Below are positions 1-13,083 of a DNA stretch of 48,588 nt, piece by piece. Under the pieces are notes generated by a model. It was not told the origin of the DNA. It did no database searches and saw only the letters and a list, made by a program, of their open reading frames with translations. Numbering within the stretch: position 1 is the first letter of the stretch; each line of letters opens with the position of its first letter. Made by a program: the position numbers and the translations under genes. Origin of the DNA: Trypethelium eluteriae (lineage: Eukaryota); the NCBI GenBank assembly GCA_051942245.1, contig JAVECL010000015.1, forward strand, positions 62,001-110,588, read 5' to 3'.

Positions 1-121
1 GCTCGTATTCGTCAAGCACAAGATCCACGAGACCTCCTTTGCCATCAAAATTACCCAAAGTCCCCTTGCAAACTAACCTTCTTGTACGCATGCCTTTGAT
101 TTTCCCGTATCTCAGTCGTGT

Positions 122-373
122 CTACATCCCCTCACCCTGAATACTGCCCTCCAAACTCGAACTCCCGGCCCTAGAGCTTTCCGCCTGATTTGCCCCATCC
201 CGCATGCGGAGCTCTTGCTCATGATTCGGACATGCCCCAACAACGTGCCTCCGAATTGTCTCATAAGCGTCGCAAAAGAGGACTTTGAGCGGATCGAGGG
301 TGCGGTAGCATTGGTGGGTATGGATGGCCACGCAATCACAGTGGGAAAAGTGGGTGTAGGTGTGAGAACACAT
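122..373 (-). CDS. Small Cys/His-rich hypothetical protein (83 aa)
   Basis: ORF MCSHTYTHFSHCDC...HQC...C...CPNH, good start context (caatcATG) after a C/A-rich leader. Resembles small fungal 'MC...C' putative metal-binding proteins; no family recognised. Confidence 0.4.
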   Translation of the reverse strand: MCSHTYTHFSHCDCVAIHTHQCYRTLDPLKVLFCDAYETIRRHVVGACPNHEQELRMRDGANQAESSRAGSSSLEGSIQGEGM

Positions 374-1463
374 GATTGTGTGGTTGAACCAAGGGTAAGT
401 GATGAGGTGTTGGGAACAAGACCGAGCGTTTGGATGAAAACGGACGCTTGGAGATACGTTAAGCGCGTTGCAGAGCCGCTAGAATAGTCTCGTCCCTAAT
501 GAATTGTTCTGTGTCACCGCCGAAAAAAGATAGGATCTGATTCCACTCAGTGATGCTGCTGAAAGCCCTCTCAAGGCGGAATGTTGTGCAATTACTTTCT
601 CTGGAGTTCGGGAGAGTGGTCCTCTGGCGATATGTGGACGTTGTCAGAATCTAGGCTTGGCAATCCATGCAAGTTCTGACGTGAGGAGATACGTGACCAA
701 AAGGTTCCGACTGTGAGATCCGGGAAGAAACGATAGGAAGTCTAAAGAAGTGCTAGAGGCGCTCAAGCATTCAAAGGTATCGCCACGAATGTCAATGGGA
801 ACAAGTATGAAGCGCAGTCTTTGCCCAATGCATTCAATAGACCGCCCAGAACAGTGCCAGTACAAGGTAAAGAATCGAATAGAAAGTTGATTGAAGGCTC
901 TCTATGTTGAGTGGGGACGAACTGTACGTTCCACCGGTCCCGTCTTATAGGCCCATCAGAGCAATCATAGCCTCGCCTTGATGCTCCTCAAATTTGGCTT
1001 GATGTATTTGTTGTTCATAGTGGATCCAGGAATGCGTGGCGAGACGCTCAAGCTCGAGAACGTGGAAGATTTAGGCATCTAGAGCTACTTGCGGTGCAGG
1101 AGAAAACGACGCTGTTTGTTTGTGCATGATGTGCATCCGTCAACTTGACTTGATACCTCTTCGCAAAGAGAAGTTATTCGCAGACCGAGAAATTCCAAAT
1201 CGCAGAGAAGAGGGGTGCAAACTTTGCCTTGAGCAATCCAAGGAGATAAAAAACTTGACAAGGTTTGGGGCAAACCATCAATGGGTAGCCTGGGCGGCAT
1301 TGGTGAGGCTGCAATCAACGATCCAATGTATGACAAATGAAGTTGTTCATATCGAGTTTTCCACAATCTCCATGTGTCAGTGTAAGAGAACCTAAGAACC
1401 CGACTGTCTAACCTGTCCTGTTGTCGTATCGGAAGCTATACCGTGTGCCGGCGGGTGAAGAAG

Positions 1464-4400
1464 TTACCGTTGTGGAACATTGGCACGTGGTTCTACTAGG
1501 ATACGGCATCCACAAAAACGCCACTCTGCATGTCGATAAATTTCCAGCCGATCGGGCAGCTGGGAGTAGGGATCGGATACGGTATGATGCTTTCCATGGT
1601 TGACGGGTTCGTTCCTTGCAGCCCAACCGTTATGTCTCGCAATAGCGAGCCAGAGAGCATCAGGATTGCGTCGCTCTAACACCTGTCGAATGTCTTCCCG
1701 TCTTTCCAGTAGCGGCCCCAAGATATGTAGGATATCGTCAAAAATTTCTTCGTTGACTGGGACGTACTCCAGGATTAGCACTAAAACATTGATCAAGCCC
1801 TTCCATATTCTTCGTGCTGGGGCATCAATATATGCGACCGTAGAGGTTCTTTCAAGACTAAGGTCGCGCATGACTAGGTCTTTTGGGTGATCGGTCCCTT
1901 GCGTCGCTTTATAATGTTCCCCTATAGCAGCTTCGCCTACCTCGCGAAGGAATTTCTCGACATACAAGTCCACCACCGATGGCCAGAGATCTTCGATCCT
2001 GCCTTTCATAAACTGCCCTGCATATTTGCAGAAGAGACCAATGGTGTCCAGTGTCGATACAACGACATAGGCTTCTTCATCGCTAAGACGCGACATCAGG
2101 ATAGGCCAAAGCGTATTGATGAGCGGTAGGAAGGAGTTTTCGTGGGTAGCAATAACAGGAATTGCGGTATCGAGCAATGACAGGAGAGAAGCCCGAAATT
2201 GAGAGGAAGACGATGGTAAGTAATGCTGGGTGAGTTGACTAATGCTTAGAAGCAAATTGTATGTCTTTGGCGCAGGTGGACCGGGCTCTTCAGGCTCATC
2301 CGTCGGCGGCTCGCCGTCATCTTCCGTGTCGGTTGTAATAGATGTCCCATCCAAGAGATTTTTAGGACCGTCTGGCCTTCCTGAAGGATCTTTCCAAGGT
2401 CGCTTCGGAAAGTCTCCCTGAATATCTTCTTCAATATCTTTGTTCTCCTCGTATCTATTCTTCAATTTCTTGATGTCTTCGATAATGTCGATGATGTTGG
2501 CTCGTTGGAATTGAGCAGTGGCCTCTGACTCGTTAGACTGAGATTCAATGACGAGCTGCGGTGTTTTAACGCTTTCTTCAACAACCACCCGGAGTACAGC
2601 AAACAATAGTTCTACAAGCCTTGGATATCCATGATACTGTTCCAACGCCACAAATATGCTTCCAATGATGTCGTCCAAATATGGGATCAGGGACGGCCCT
2701 GATAGTCTGACCATCATGAGCAAGACCATCGGTGCTTGCGGAGATATCTCGGAGCCGCCAAGCTTAAACGCGACGGCATTTGTAAGGTAGTCGACATTGG
2801 ATACAATGAGCTCGCTTGCATTCTTATATCCGGAGAAAGTAGCGAGTAGATTTAGGCAGGTCATCGCGTGTTGACGGAGGGGATCGACTTGGGATCCTAT
2901 CAGATGGAGTACAGGGTAGAGAGCATCAACTAATTCTTCCCGGAATCGTTCCTTCTGTTGCTGAGCTTGTAAGGTAAGCACCTCAAGGGCCAAAGCTTGT
3001 ACTCGCCAGTCGCCTTCTTCATCCATATCTGCGCTTGTAAGAACATCAAGTGAAATAGTATACAACTGGTCCAGCATCACTTCTGGTCTCTGTATACCTT
3101 CCGTACCAATGTCAAGATATTGGTCAATCGACGAAGTTTGCTGTAAAACTCCCTTGAGGAACTGAACAGTGAGCCACATATCAGCTGCCCGTAGTTCTCC
3201 CCGAGATTTACCGCAAGATAGTAAAAGGTCTTGCATCAAGGACTCTGCGGACGACGAAGCACTCAGTCGATCGACGAGTGCTTTTATTTCGATCATTGTG
3301 TCCCTTTGACCTCTTCGCCCTTCCAGAACATCATTGAACTTCGTAGCGATATGACGGTCCCCTGTGATTACCATGTCAAGAGTGCTGATGGTTTGCTCGT
3401 TTCTATTATTCTTTATTAGGACACTGCTGTCTTTTGTCGCCAATGTGACGCTATCCCGTAAGTTTGCTGTTATAACCATGTCGATATTTGTCAAATCGGT
3501 GTTTCGTTCCATGAGTAATTGATAAGCGAGAGAAATTCGATGCACAAGTCGCTGTTTTGCGACATCGTCGTTGGACTCCATGACTCTCGGCAAAGAAATG
3601 GTCCAACTCCGGAGGCTATCCCTCAAAATTTCGCAAAGATCAGGGTTAACATCGAGCAAATGCTTCAGGATATTGCTAGACCGGCTCATCTGGGAATCCT
3701 CATCTGAAAGCATGACGAGTGTCTCTAATGTCATGCCTGCTGACTCACTCAATGAAACCCTACAGTCCTGGAGAACGACAGCGCAGAGCTCGGCGATCGC
3801 GTGCTTAACCTCCTTGCGGTCATGATCCCAGATCTTCATGATGCTGGCCAGGACCTGTTTGACTTGACCAGATGTCGCTCGTAACCAAATCTTGGTTCGC
3901 ACGGGGCCTGGTCTGGCATGATCTTCCTCGTCTTTGGCAGTCCCCGGTGGCAATTCTTTCGTTTTGTCATCACCGAGGATAGAATTCAAAAGGCTTGCAA
4001 GCAACATAAGGGCACCTTCGAGAAGTTTGTAGTTCCTCCTTGACTTTGCTGAAGGTATCAAGACTTTGGCTAAAGACGAGACAATCCCTGGAAAGAAGTT
4101 TGTGAGAACATCGTGATCAGAAAGACAGCTTAATAGTGACCGCAAGGCAGATAAAGCGAAGAGCTGAACTTCGCTTGATGTCCCTTCAACAATACCTTCT
4201 AGCATGGCAGTAACTGTTTGGCCGAGTTGAGGTACATTAGCTGTGCCAACGAGAGATTCCTCACCACCGGAAGTTTGTTTGAGAGAGGCAAATAGAAGAG
4301 AAAGGCAATGAAAGGCAGCTACACGAAGCTCTTCCGATATCCCCTCAAGCTTTTTCACAGGGGATCCTTTGCCGGCTAGAAAGGTGAGAAGAATGAGTAG

Positions 4401-4779
4401 CTGACCGGATAAGTTTATGGCGATATTGTGCCGCCATCCTGTCTCGAAAAGGATGGCCACGCATTGGAGGCATAACTCTAGAGCTCTTACTGGTAGCTTC
4501 TGGCTTTCCCGAAGGACATGGGAAAGGGGAAAAAAGACATAGTCGGCGAGTTTCTCGTCAAAGCTATTTTTTTGAGCAGATAAGGATTCCAGGGTTCGAA
4601 GTAGCTTTTCCAAAGCCTGGGTGACATCTTTGCCGCTACTCTTGTTGGCCGCAAAGGACAGTACTGCTTGACTCAGCCCTACGCATGGAGGCTTCAGCTA
4701 AATACCGACTGTGAGTCCCGGGTTTCGAAGTTCTCTTCAGCCTACTCACTGCACGGAAGAGTTGGTTGCGATTTTCCAT
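1464..4779 (-). CDS. TTI1: TEL2-interacting protein 1 (TTT complex, HEAT-repeat)
   Basis: Exon1 4779-4750 (MENRNQLFRA), intron 4749-4698 (GTGAGT..TAG), exon2 in frame from 4697 (LKPPCV...KLADYVFFPLSHVLR; FFPGIVSSLAKVL; NVDYL; YLDDIIGSIF..LEQYHGY; FLPLINTLWP). These motifs are typical of Tti1. Confidence 0.9.
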
Positions 4780-5318
4780 GGCCTTTTGCCTACACGCTGT
4801 GGACTCCTCGTTGAGGACGGAGTATTCGGCATTCCGGCATGAGCCACGTCCTGTGCACCTAATAAAGGTTGGTGAGTACCGCAATGGTACGTTTTAAAGT
4901 TAGGTAGAAGACCGTGATTTCTTACGTAAGCTAGAAGCTTCATCTGGTGACCACCGATATCGAATTTACAAGAAAGTAATACTCCAATCCACCAAACAAC
5001 TTCAGGGGCGGTAACTCCTGAATGCATAAATTCTTAAGCTTCTCGGCTTGAGTTACGAGAATCTGATTGAGCATGATGAGCCTTCGTCTCTTAGAGGCAA
5101 CGCTGGTCTATTCTATCAGCTCGGCACGATCAAGACTCACTTCGTTTCTACCAGAGGCTAGCCAAAACCTTGAACATCGCTATCAAAGCTACTTGGAACC
5201 GACACGAGCGACAAGCCTCGTGCAATGCACATAGTGACCTAGATGAAGAAACCTGCTAACTCCATCGTCTCGGTAGGAAGCATGTGGATACGGAGTTCTT
5301 CTAGCTTGAGATGAGGAG

Positions 5319-5960
5319 CTAGGCAATCTCAAATTCTATCGGTCCACCTTCTAATTCCATACCCAACATCTCCGGCTCCTCTCCCATCGTCACAGGGCTG
5401 TCTCCGTATTTCTGCCTCTGCTCTCTGTCCATCTCCTCCTTCGTCTCAGAATCAGCCTCATCCTCTGGCGATCGCCATGTTCGGAGTCTGACACCACCCA
5501 GCTCATCCAGACTCGCAAAACTCCACCACCGCGTTCCTAGACATTTGTTCGTCAAGTTGACCCGATACCGCTCGCCTTTCTCCACACGTGCAGCTTCGAT
5601 CTGGTCGCGCGGGACTTCATGTCGCACCGTATAAGCGCCTTGTCCACATGGCGGAATCGTGACGAACGACCACACACTTTGCAAGTTTTCAGAGTCCCAA
5701 CGGCATTGCGGCCAGCCCCGCGGGAAAATTTCAATTTCCTTGTCTGGTTTGGTAGTACAGATGATGTTGTGAAATGAACGGTTGTCTAGGTCTTCAAGTG
5801 GCGAGGGATGAGTTTGCAAGGTGATGGGTTTGTTGGGATGTGGAGTACTGAGGATGCGAGCGCTGACGGTGATGTGAAATGGCTCAGTGGACGTGGATGA
5901 TAGGGCAGACGGCGAGGTGCTGAGGGTAAGGCCGATAACCACGGATGGATTTGGCGAACT
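5319..5960 (-). CDS. Conserved-looking fungal hypothetical protein (~210+ aa; 5' exon not resolved)
   Basis: Open 207-codon frame with protein-like composition (..GERYRVNLTNKCLGTRWWSF..). A branch site/acceptor (ACTAAAC..TTAG) just upstream implies another 5' exon; start not identified. Confidence 0.6.
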   Translation of the reverse strand, partial: SSPNPSVVIGLTLSTSPSALSSTSTEPFHITVSARILSTPHPNKPITLQTHPSPLEDLDNRSFHNIICTTKPDKEIEIFPRGWPQCRWDSENLQSVWSFVTIPPCGQGAYTVRHEVPRDQIEAARVEKGERYRVNLTNKCLGTRWWSFASLDELGGVRLRTWRSPEDEADSETKEEMDREQRQKYGDSPVTMGEEPEMLGMELEGGPIEFEIA

Positions 5961-6170
5961 AAAGAGAGTTTAGTATGTTCTAATGACAAGACACACTCGT
6001 GGACAACTTCTGAAATGAAATCCGGTGGATAATAACGAACCAAAGGGTAGGTTTGAAGCAAGGTCCAGACGAAGATGGCAATTGAAAACGTGTATGGGTA
6101 AGCAGGAGGCTTACGGGTGAATTAACCGTCCGTCTCCTCTGCCTGTCATTGCGATTCCGATTATGAGACT

Positions 6171-6587
6171 TTGTTCTATCTGTCGAGAGCAACTCTACGA
6201 ATCTCGGGTGCTCTCTCAGTCTTAAGCAGCCAGCCGTCACGAGATTCTAGGCAGCTGCATCGCCTTGACGTCATTTTTAGATTTGGGGTGGTACAGTACG
6301 CTGCGCACCTGTTGGAGTGTACCTTATCCGAACAGATTTCTATTTATGACGATTGGCGAGATCAAGGCGTCAAAAGGATGTTCGGAGGATTCAAGAATGC
6401 CTTTCCAGACGAGCAGATGAGCACTTTTACAGAAGCGCAGATCTGGACGCCGGGATTTCCGTTTAGGAGCTATCTTACAGTCAGGACGAGGAAGGTGGGC
6501 CTCGATGCTTACCTATTTCTAGAGATTAAAGGAGGCCTCGAGTGGGCTGCACCCCACTCACTAAACCGGAAAAGATACGTGCTTTAG
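6171..6587 (+). CDS. Hypothetical protein or gene fragment
   Basis: 138-codon ORF with protein-like composition but a TTG start and no recognisable motif. Confidence 0.25.
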   Translation: MFYLSRATLRISGALSVLSSQPSRDSRQLHRLDVIFRFGVVQYAAHLLECTLSEQISIYDDWRDQGVKRMFGGFKNAFPDEQMSTFTEAQIWTPGFPFRSYLTVRTRKVGLDAYLFLEIKGGLEWAAPHSLNRKRYVL

Positions 6588-7045
6588 CTGAGTGAATACC
6601 TACCTCTGGGTAGCGATCGCAAATACTCGGACTCAAAGTGCTTGCTCATAATTTCCAGGCTACTATGTAAGTATTATCAAACCCTCTGGCCTCACTCAGA
6701 CCCTCGTCCGAGCTGTCAAAAATGCTAGATGAGCTTTGCGTTCTCCCATGCTGTCCGATCACAAATCCATTCAGCCTCTTAAAGTCGCGGGTATTCTCTT
6801 CGTTTGCTTGCCTTGTCTTCCAACTGCATCAGCATCCGCCTATCAGTCATTGTTGGTATTCGCAGTGCTCTTGCTGCAACAAAAAACCTGGTGACTGGCT
6901 GTTTCAGGCGCAAGTCGACCATTGGATTCGTCCGATGACTTCATTAACACCCACTGTGGGAACAAGTTACGAATCCAGGTCCATCGCTCTCAGGATTCAT
7001 AACTGGAGTGCTGTTCATACTGCGAAGATTTGATAGTTCTTCGTG

Positions 7046-7052
7046 TATAAAA
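7046..7052 (+). promoter_or_regulatory. TATA box (TATAAAA) upstream of the secreted metalloprotease gene
   Basis: Perfect TATAAAA 108 bp before ATG 7154, followed by a pyrimidine-rich leader. Confidence 0.55.
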
Positions 7053-7153
7053 GGTGTCCCTTTTTGATCTCATAAACTGTTCAGACATTCACGAGCATCT
7101 TTCTTTCTTCACTTCAGAATCTTGCATATATCTGCTTTGTATTTTTTATAATC

Positions 7154-8165
7154 ATGCACCCCTCGATCCTTCTCTTGGGTCTTGTTAGTTGGACTCCTAC
7201 TGTTCTAGCTGGCAGAGGTAATGCCACGGACGTTGTCACAGCTACTTTCTCCTTAGATTCCACCGCGCCTACCCGCGTAGCAAAGCGAGCAGAACGTGCT
7301 TTCCCAAACGTCGCTGGTCGTCGTCGTTCCTTCGTTCTTGACAAAAGAGCAGGCCAAGTCACTTATGCTGACAACTGTAATGGCGCTCCTCCGAAGAAGA
7401 GTGGCTACAGCGAGAAAAATGGTTTCCCTACCATGAAGAGTGTCCTTCAACAAGCCTACACCGACGCAGTCACTCTCGCCACCGCTTCCCAGAATTTTGC
7501 CCCTGAACAACAAGGGTTTCACGCGCTATTTTGGCGGTGAGGGCGCGGATAAGCAACTCACCCACTTCCAAAACATGATGAAAGGGATCACCAGCTCCAC
7601 AAACAACTATGCAATTCAATTCTCCTGCGGAAATGCCAAGCCCTGTAAGAAAGGCAGTATTATGGTGACCGACGCTACTCCGGGAAGCGCTACAGATGTA
7701 AAGAAGATTGAAGTTTGTAACGACTTCTGGACCTCAACCAGTACAAACCATCTACTCTACGACTCCAGCAAGACCAGCCCAGACCCTCCGTACCGCAGTA
7801 ACGATGACAAAGGCTGGTGCGCAAAAAGGACTGAGGATAAGGAGGAGAACGTCAGCAAGATAAAGGACGACGACTTCACCACGGCTGGTCACTCCGTTCT
7901 CCACGAGCTGACGCATTTGGACTCCCTCGCCAAGATTGCGGGATTGGAAGGCGATGAGGATCAGAAAAACGCACATGGTACCACTGATGCTGATAAGAAA
8001 GGGCAACCGAGTGGTGCCCGTGAGTTTCTCGAGCAGTACAAGAAGGGCAAGACGAAAGATACCAGTCCGGACTACAATGCTGAGAGCTATGTCGCGGCCG
8101 CGACGGAGGTCTACTTCATGAACCTGTGCGGTTTTTCCGAGATCGACCCGGTTGTGAAATCATAG
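7154..8165 (+). pseudogene. Secreted M35-like (aspzincin/deuterolysin-type) zinc metalloprotease with a +1 frameshift near 7495-7505 (pseudogene or assembly error)
   Basis: Signal peptide MHPSILLLGLVSWTPTVLA, Kex2-type sites VAKR/LDKR, ..AYTDAVTLA.. in one frame. The next frame continues NNKGFTRYFGG..HSVLHELTH (HExxH)..HGTTD (GTxD)..YNAESY. No GT..AG intron bridges the junction. Confidence 0.8.
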
Positions 8166-9096
8166 GTTGGTGATGGTCTGGTCCCTGGGGGTACAGTGAG
8201 GCGCCGTAGACGGAGGCCGTGGAGCTGGCCTGAGCTCCTTGTAAACGTGCGAAAGTGCGTGAGAGAATATTTGAAAACGCTCTTTTGGGAAAGAGAAAAA
8301 GAACCTAAGGTTAATTCATATCTCGTACTATGCCTTCTGTGCATCTGCAGGCATTTGCAGAGTAAACAGTACTTGAAGGCATTCTTTCCATCATATTAAG
8401 ACCTTCCACACGTTTCTGACTGAGAATAACTCTAGCCTTTGGGAAGACGTCTTTGTAAAACGATGTCTTCGAATTAATCGTTTGGAGGCGCAAACTTGTC
8501 CAAAAACTATTATCCTTCGAGACGCGGTCATACTTTTCGAGACTTAATGCATTCGCCCGGGCTAGTTATGCGAAATATTCTTACACATTGAACTTTATAA
8601 GTCTGGCTCGCTTACACGTCAATAGATCCGCAATGCGCTAGAATGATATATCGAGGCTGTGTTGTATCTGCATATGAACGGATCTTCCTCGCCTCTACAG
8701 TAGATTACCTTTTTACATGACGTGTCGCTGAAGGTCAGGCATCCTAAGAGCACATCAGGACAGAAGGCAGAAGGGCTGCAAAGAATTCGTGAAGCGCCAT
8801 CTCTGAGTGATCTGAGAGACTATCGGAATCGGAATGAAAGACCGGTACAGTCGCGTCAATTTGGTAACTCCCTGTAAGCTGGCTTTATCGACGAGAGATT
8901 GCCGACCGACGAGCGAGAAGAACGATAAGCACTCGCAATCAATCCATCTCACGTCACCCAGACACCTACGAGCGCCTGGCCATCACGGAAAAGCGCGCGA
9001 ATGAGCGGCATCGAGCTGGTAGCTACGAAAGCTCGATGCCAAAAGCGAAAGGGCCGAGGTATTTTTACTTTGAATTCTGGGTTCTGACCGAAGATG

Positions 9097-12000
9097 CTAT
9101 TTGGATTGAAGATCTCCATTGAAGAACCATGCTCCATGTAGCACAAATGGAGCCCAGTGGTAAGGCTGGCGGAAATCCCAGGATTGCTTGACTTCTAGGA
9201 CCGCTTCTCTTACGGCATAAGCAATGTCATAAATGCCCTGCTCTTGCGGCGCGGAACGCAATAGAGCATGATAGAAATGGACTGAAAAGAGACGGGCGGC
9301 AGGTGACTGAACGGGCCAAAGAGTTCCCAGAACTGACGTCGCACCAGCAGCAAGGAATGCTGTGACCAGACCGAGAGGTTCGTCTCCCGCTCGAAAGTGC
9401 TGTGTCGCCGACGCACATGCCAGCAAAGAGACATGTGAGGTTTTCACATGAATATCGAAGACATCTTTCACAGCCAGTGACGCTGACCGAGTTTCTATTC
9501 AGTTACAATCAGAGAAGATTAAGAAAGCTCAAAAGATGGCAGCAAGGTGAGATTTTCTTCCAAGCGAAAGACCGTCAAACTTACCTCCCGCTACCTGCTT
9601 ATCGCTGGATATCCGAAGCGACTGCTCTACTATGAGGTTTGGCGTATAGTCATAATGGCCGAAGAAATGCACAAAATCTGCGCATTCGAGAGACTCCTTG
9701 AAGCGCCTCATTGTGACGCTTTCACCGCATAGTGCCTCGCCATGTAGGTCAGCTGCCATTTGCTTGGTCGAATCGTAGATTTGGATTCACTCATATTCGC
9801 TGAACTGTTTATCGTCATAATCATTAGGTTCGGAATCCTCTTCGTAGACTGCCATCAGACATTTTCTGGCGTTAGCTGTGAAACGCGAGTCGGCAAGACG
9901 ACAACACTGGATGAAGCTAGTCAAGCTTGCGCAGTAGACAACCAGGTTTCGTTCGATGAGTATTTGCCGATTTTCAAGCGGTCCTAAACGTAGTGCATGT
10001 AGCGGGACCGCGTGGATAGGTCCAGTTGGACACAAAACTAGCAAATCGTCCGGACCGGAAAGCTCTGCCAGCGGAGAGATCAAGATATCAAGGTCTCGTA
10101 ACGGTCCTTCATCAGGTTCGTCTTCTTCTCGCACTCCGGAAAGGGCCCTTCCTCCAGGCGTAGTGTGTTTGGCACCTCTTTCACTGTTTAGATACTTCGA
10201 GACCCATTCATCAATCACACCAATGGAGATTGGAAGCTGTCGAATGATAGGCTTCCCACTCTCTTTCACGACGTAGATCGACAGACCAGACTCTGTCGCG
10301 GCCCAGTCAACGAAGATCGTTGCTTTCTTATGTTGTTGAGCATTTTGTTCACCAGCAAACAGTTCGCCTATAGCAATAGGAATGCCTTCGCGCAAGTCAA
10401 GAAGCTCACTCAGAACAGCATGTCCTCTCATAACTTTCTGGTGTTCTTCTAAGTCGATCACTACCTTGAAGCGATCAGTGTCAGGTGTGACTGCTAGCTT
10501 CTCCATAAGTCGACGTTCATCTTCAAAGAGATTTTGACACGCCTTATTCTGATGGATTCTTTCTTCTAATCCAAGCGGAATGAGAGCACCAAGACCGAGA
10601 AGATCAGACAAAGTCCTCGCTTTGGACTTCTGAACCCAACTCCACGCATCGATGACATGTCCAACACCGATGCAGACCTGAATTGCGAATTTATATATGT
10701 TTCGAACTTTTGCATTAGAGGAAAAGCGCGCTTTTGCAATAGCTGCAGTTATGCCCCGCAGGATCGAGACTTCTTGTCTCTGTCGGTCTGCATAGTTTTC
10801 TGCTACTAGCAGAGACTGGACCAAAGACTCCGGTGAACACCACCCGTGGATCCAACGCCTATACTCGCAGAAAGCGACCCAGTAAGCATTTTCACTTGCA
10901 AGAAAAGTGAGACCGAGGCCATTTGCCGAATCCAGCGCAACACTGTATTGGTTGAGGGCATTTTGCCATGCCAATGACACCTGGTCATCTCTAATTCGCT
11001 CGAACTTTTGGGCAATTCCGACGTTAATACAGGCCTCACGTTGAAGAGCCATTATAGCATGGCCGAGCTGCTTTTCCTTTAGGTAAAGATCCCGAGCTTT
11101 CTTTGAAAGCTTGAGGGCGAGTAATTCGTAATCAATGTCTTGTCTAGATGATGCCCTCATTATTTGTACAGTCGCTTGGAATCCGCTTATATTAGCCGTC
11201 TGCGTAGTCGCAAGGCTGGCGTCTTTTATGCGAGACAGATGTCCTTCGTAGAGCTTAATGGCCTTTTCGATAGTAGCTAAAACTCGTCCATCTCGGGTCA
11301 CACTAGCAAGCATTTGAGTGAGCAAAGCCTCAATCCTTTCCACAGCAGGCTCTGACAACTGATCTGTCCCTTCTGGTCTCAAAATGGCAGAGATCTTCTC
11401 GTAATGGTTTTCATAGTCGTCAATGCTACATGCATTAGATCCCCTAGTTGCAGGGGAGTTTGCGATTGAATCGATACACGGCATGTCCTTTAGGGCTCGT
11501 TGGTGCCAGATCAGTGTCATGTCCTGATCTTGCATAGCATAGTATGCCTGTGAAACAAATTGTGCGGTTCTACCTCTGTAAAATAGGCAGTCAGTCCTTC
11601 CCAGCTCTTTCCAAAGCGCTTCGCCCCCCTGTATAATCTTTCCACGATCACTCCCACGAAGGGACCACCTTGCCAGCATTGAGAAACGTGCCATCAGCCA
11701 ACTAAGTTTGGCTTCGGAAGTGAGGAACAATCTTTCAAGATCATTGAGTATGAGAGCCTCCATCTTGAAGTCGCTTAGACCATGTGCCATCTCCAAGAGT
11801 TGTAGCAATGCACTTTCGAGTCCGGTTGGGTAATTTAATATCTCATATTCTCTGAAATATCTTGTTAATCTTTCCTCGAAGTTCCCGTCATCAGGACTAA
11901 GGGGAAGCCGGCATGCCATAGAAATCTTCGTATCTAGCCCACCATGGACGTGGTTTCCAGCTACAAATGACTCCAAAGCCGATATATAGAGACGATCCTG

Positions 12001-12741
12001 CTCATCTCGGTACTCGCTGGATTTGATAGACTTGGCCAGAAAGAGCTCCGCGTGTGCCCGTTGGATAGCTGGAATTTGATTGTTGTCTACAAGATGCCTG
12101 GTGAGAGAATTTCTTTCCGAACTACTGCAGCAGACGCTATGTGTTCTTGCTACCAACAATGCGTTGAAGAAATCACTCCGCTCCACGAGGACGTAAAACG
12201 CTTTCCGAAGCCGAGATAAGAGCCATTTCTCCATATGCGAGTCATCAAATGATCCACAGGCCGCGGCAAGATGCCGAAATTTGCAATAGTATGTATCAAT
12301 TCGGATCTAGAGAACCTCAGTGGACATTCGAAAATTTGAAGCTGACCTGTTAAGAATGGCCAAAAGAGGTACTACCGTTGTATCATCAACCACTTCACTT
12401 TGCAAGCCTGAGATGAAGTAGTTGTGTAAGGTCTCTGCTGGGACCATCGACTCTCTGAATTGGCCAGTCATGAGGAAACTTGCCAAGGAGCGAATAATCT
12501 GGCCTGCTGCATAATTTAGATTATCTTGGGATCCGGGAAGGCCTAGATGCTCGTCCAGCACCTCAATGACCCTTCTAAAGAATCCTTGATTGAAAAAGGT
12601 CTCGCTCAGCTCAATCGTAAGCCGATCATCGGGGCCCATCAAGCGAATCAGCGCTTCGAGTTCGCTGGATGCGTCTGCATATCGACCTTGAATACGTAAA
12701 TCCCTCACCCTTCGGATTTCGGCGAGGACGCCATCGTCCAT
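9097..12741 (-). pseudogene. Helical-repeat (TPR-like) + CHAT caspase-like protease, ~1161 codons, with one in-frame TGA at 9789-9787
   Basis: Exons 12741-12376, 12306-9585, 9494-9097, all in frame (introns of 69 and 90 nt). CHAT motifs: WVQKSKARTLSDLLG, LVLCPTGPIHAVPLHAL, VHFFGH (His at 9657-9655), VSLLACAS (Cys at 9417-9415), GDEPLGLVTAFLAAGATSVLGTLWPV, PYHWAPFVLHG. Stop context EYE*IQIYDSTKQMAADL. Confidence 0.85.
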
Positions 12742-13083
12742 GACGGCTGAAGAAGGTATCCACCTTAGCTAACCGATACTAAGACTGCTTTTGCGATTGA
12801 TTAAAACTTGTTGACATGCGAAAGGCCTCAAAGGTCTGACATTGCTGCGCAAGAAGTATACTGGCTAGAAGACCAGATGATAAAGAAGTCCGAAGGAGGG
12901 TTTTAAGATCTAGAGTACTCTACACAGTAAGAAGATATTTGGCCATGCACTTTAACCACGTGTGAACACGGCCGGATTTGCAGAGTTGCAGAATGTTAGT
13001 CGCAATGAACAAGTCTTCAAGCGGGTTTGTACTCTCTGTACGGTACGATGCGGAGTACTTTAGAGTAGAGTAAGCAAACGAGG

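Noticed and set aside
540..1400. Minus-strand ORF fragments (644-865, 1085-1366) that might be a decayed gene
   Set aside because: No recognisable motif or consistent splice model; may be TTI1 3' UTR or intergenic.
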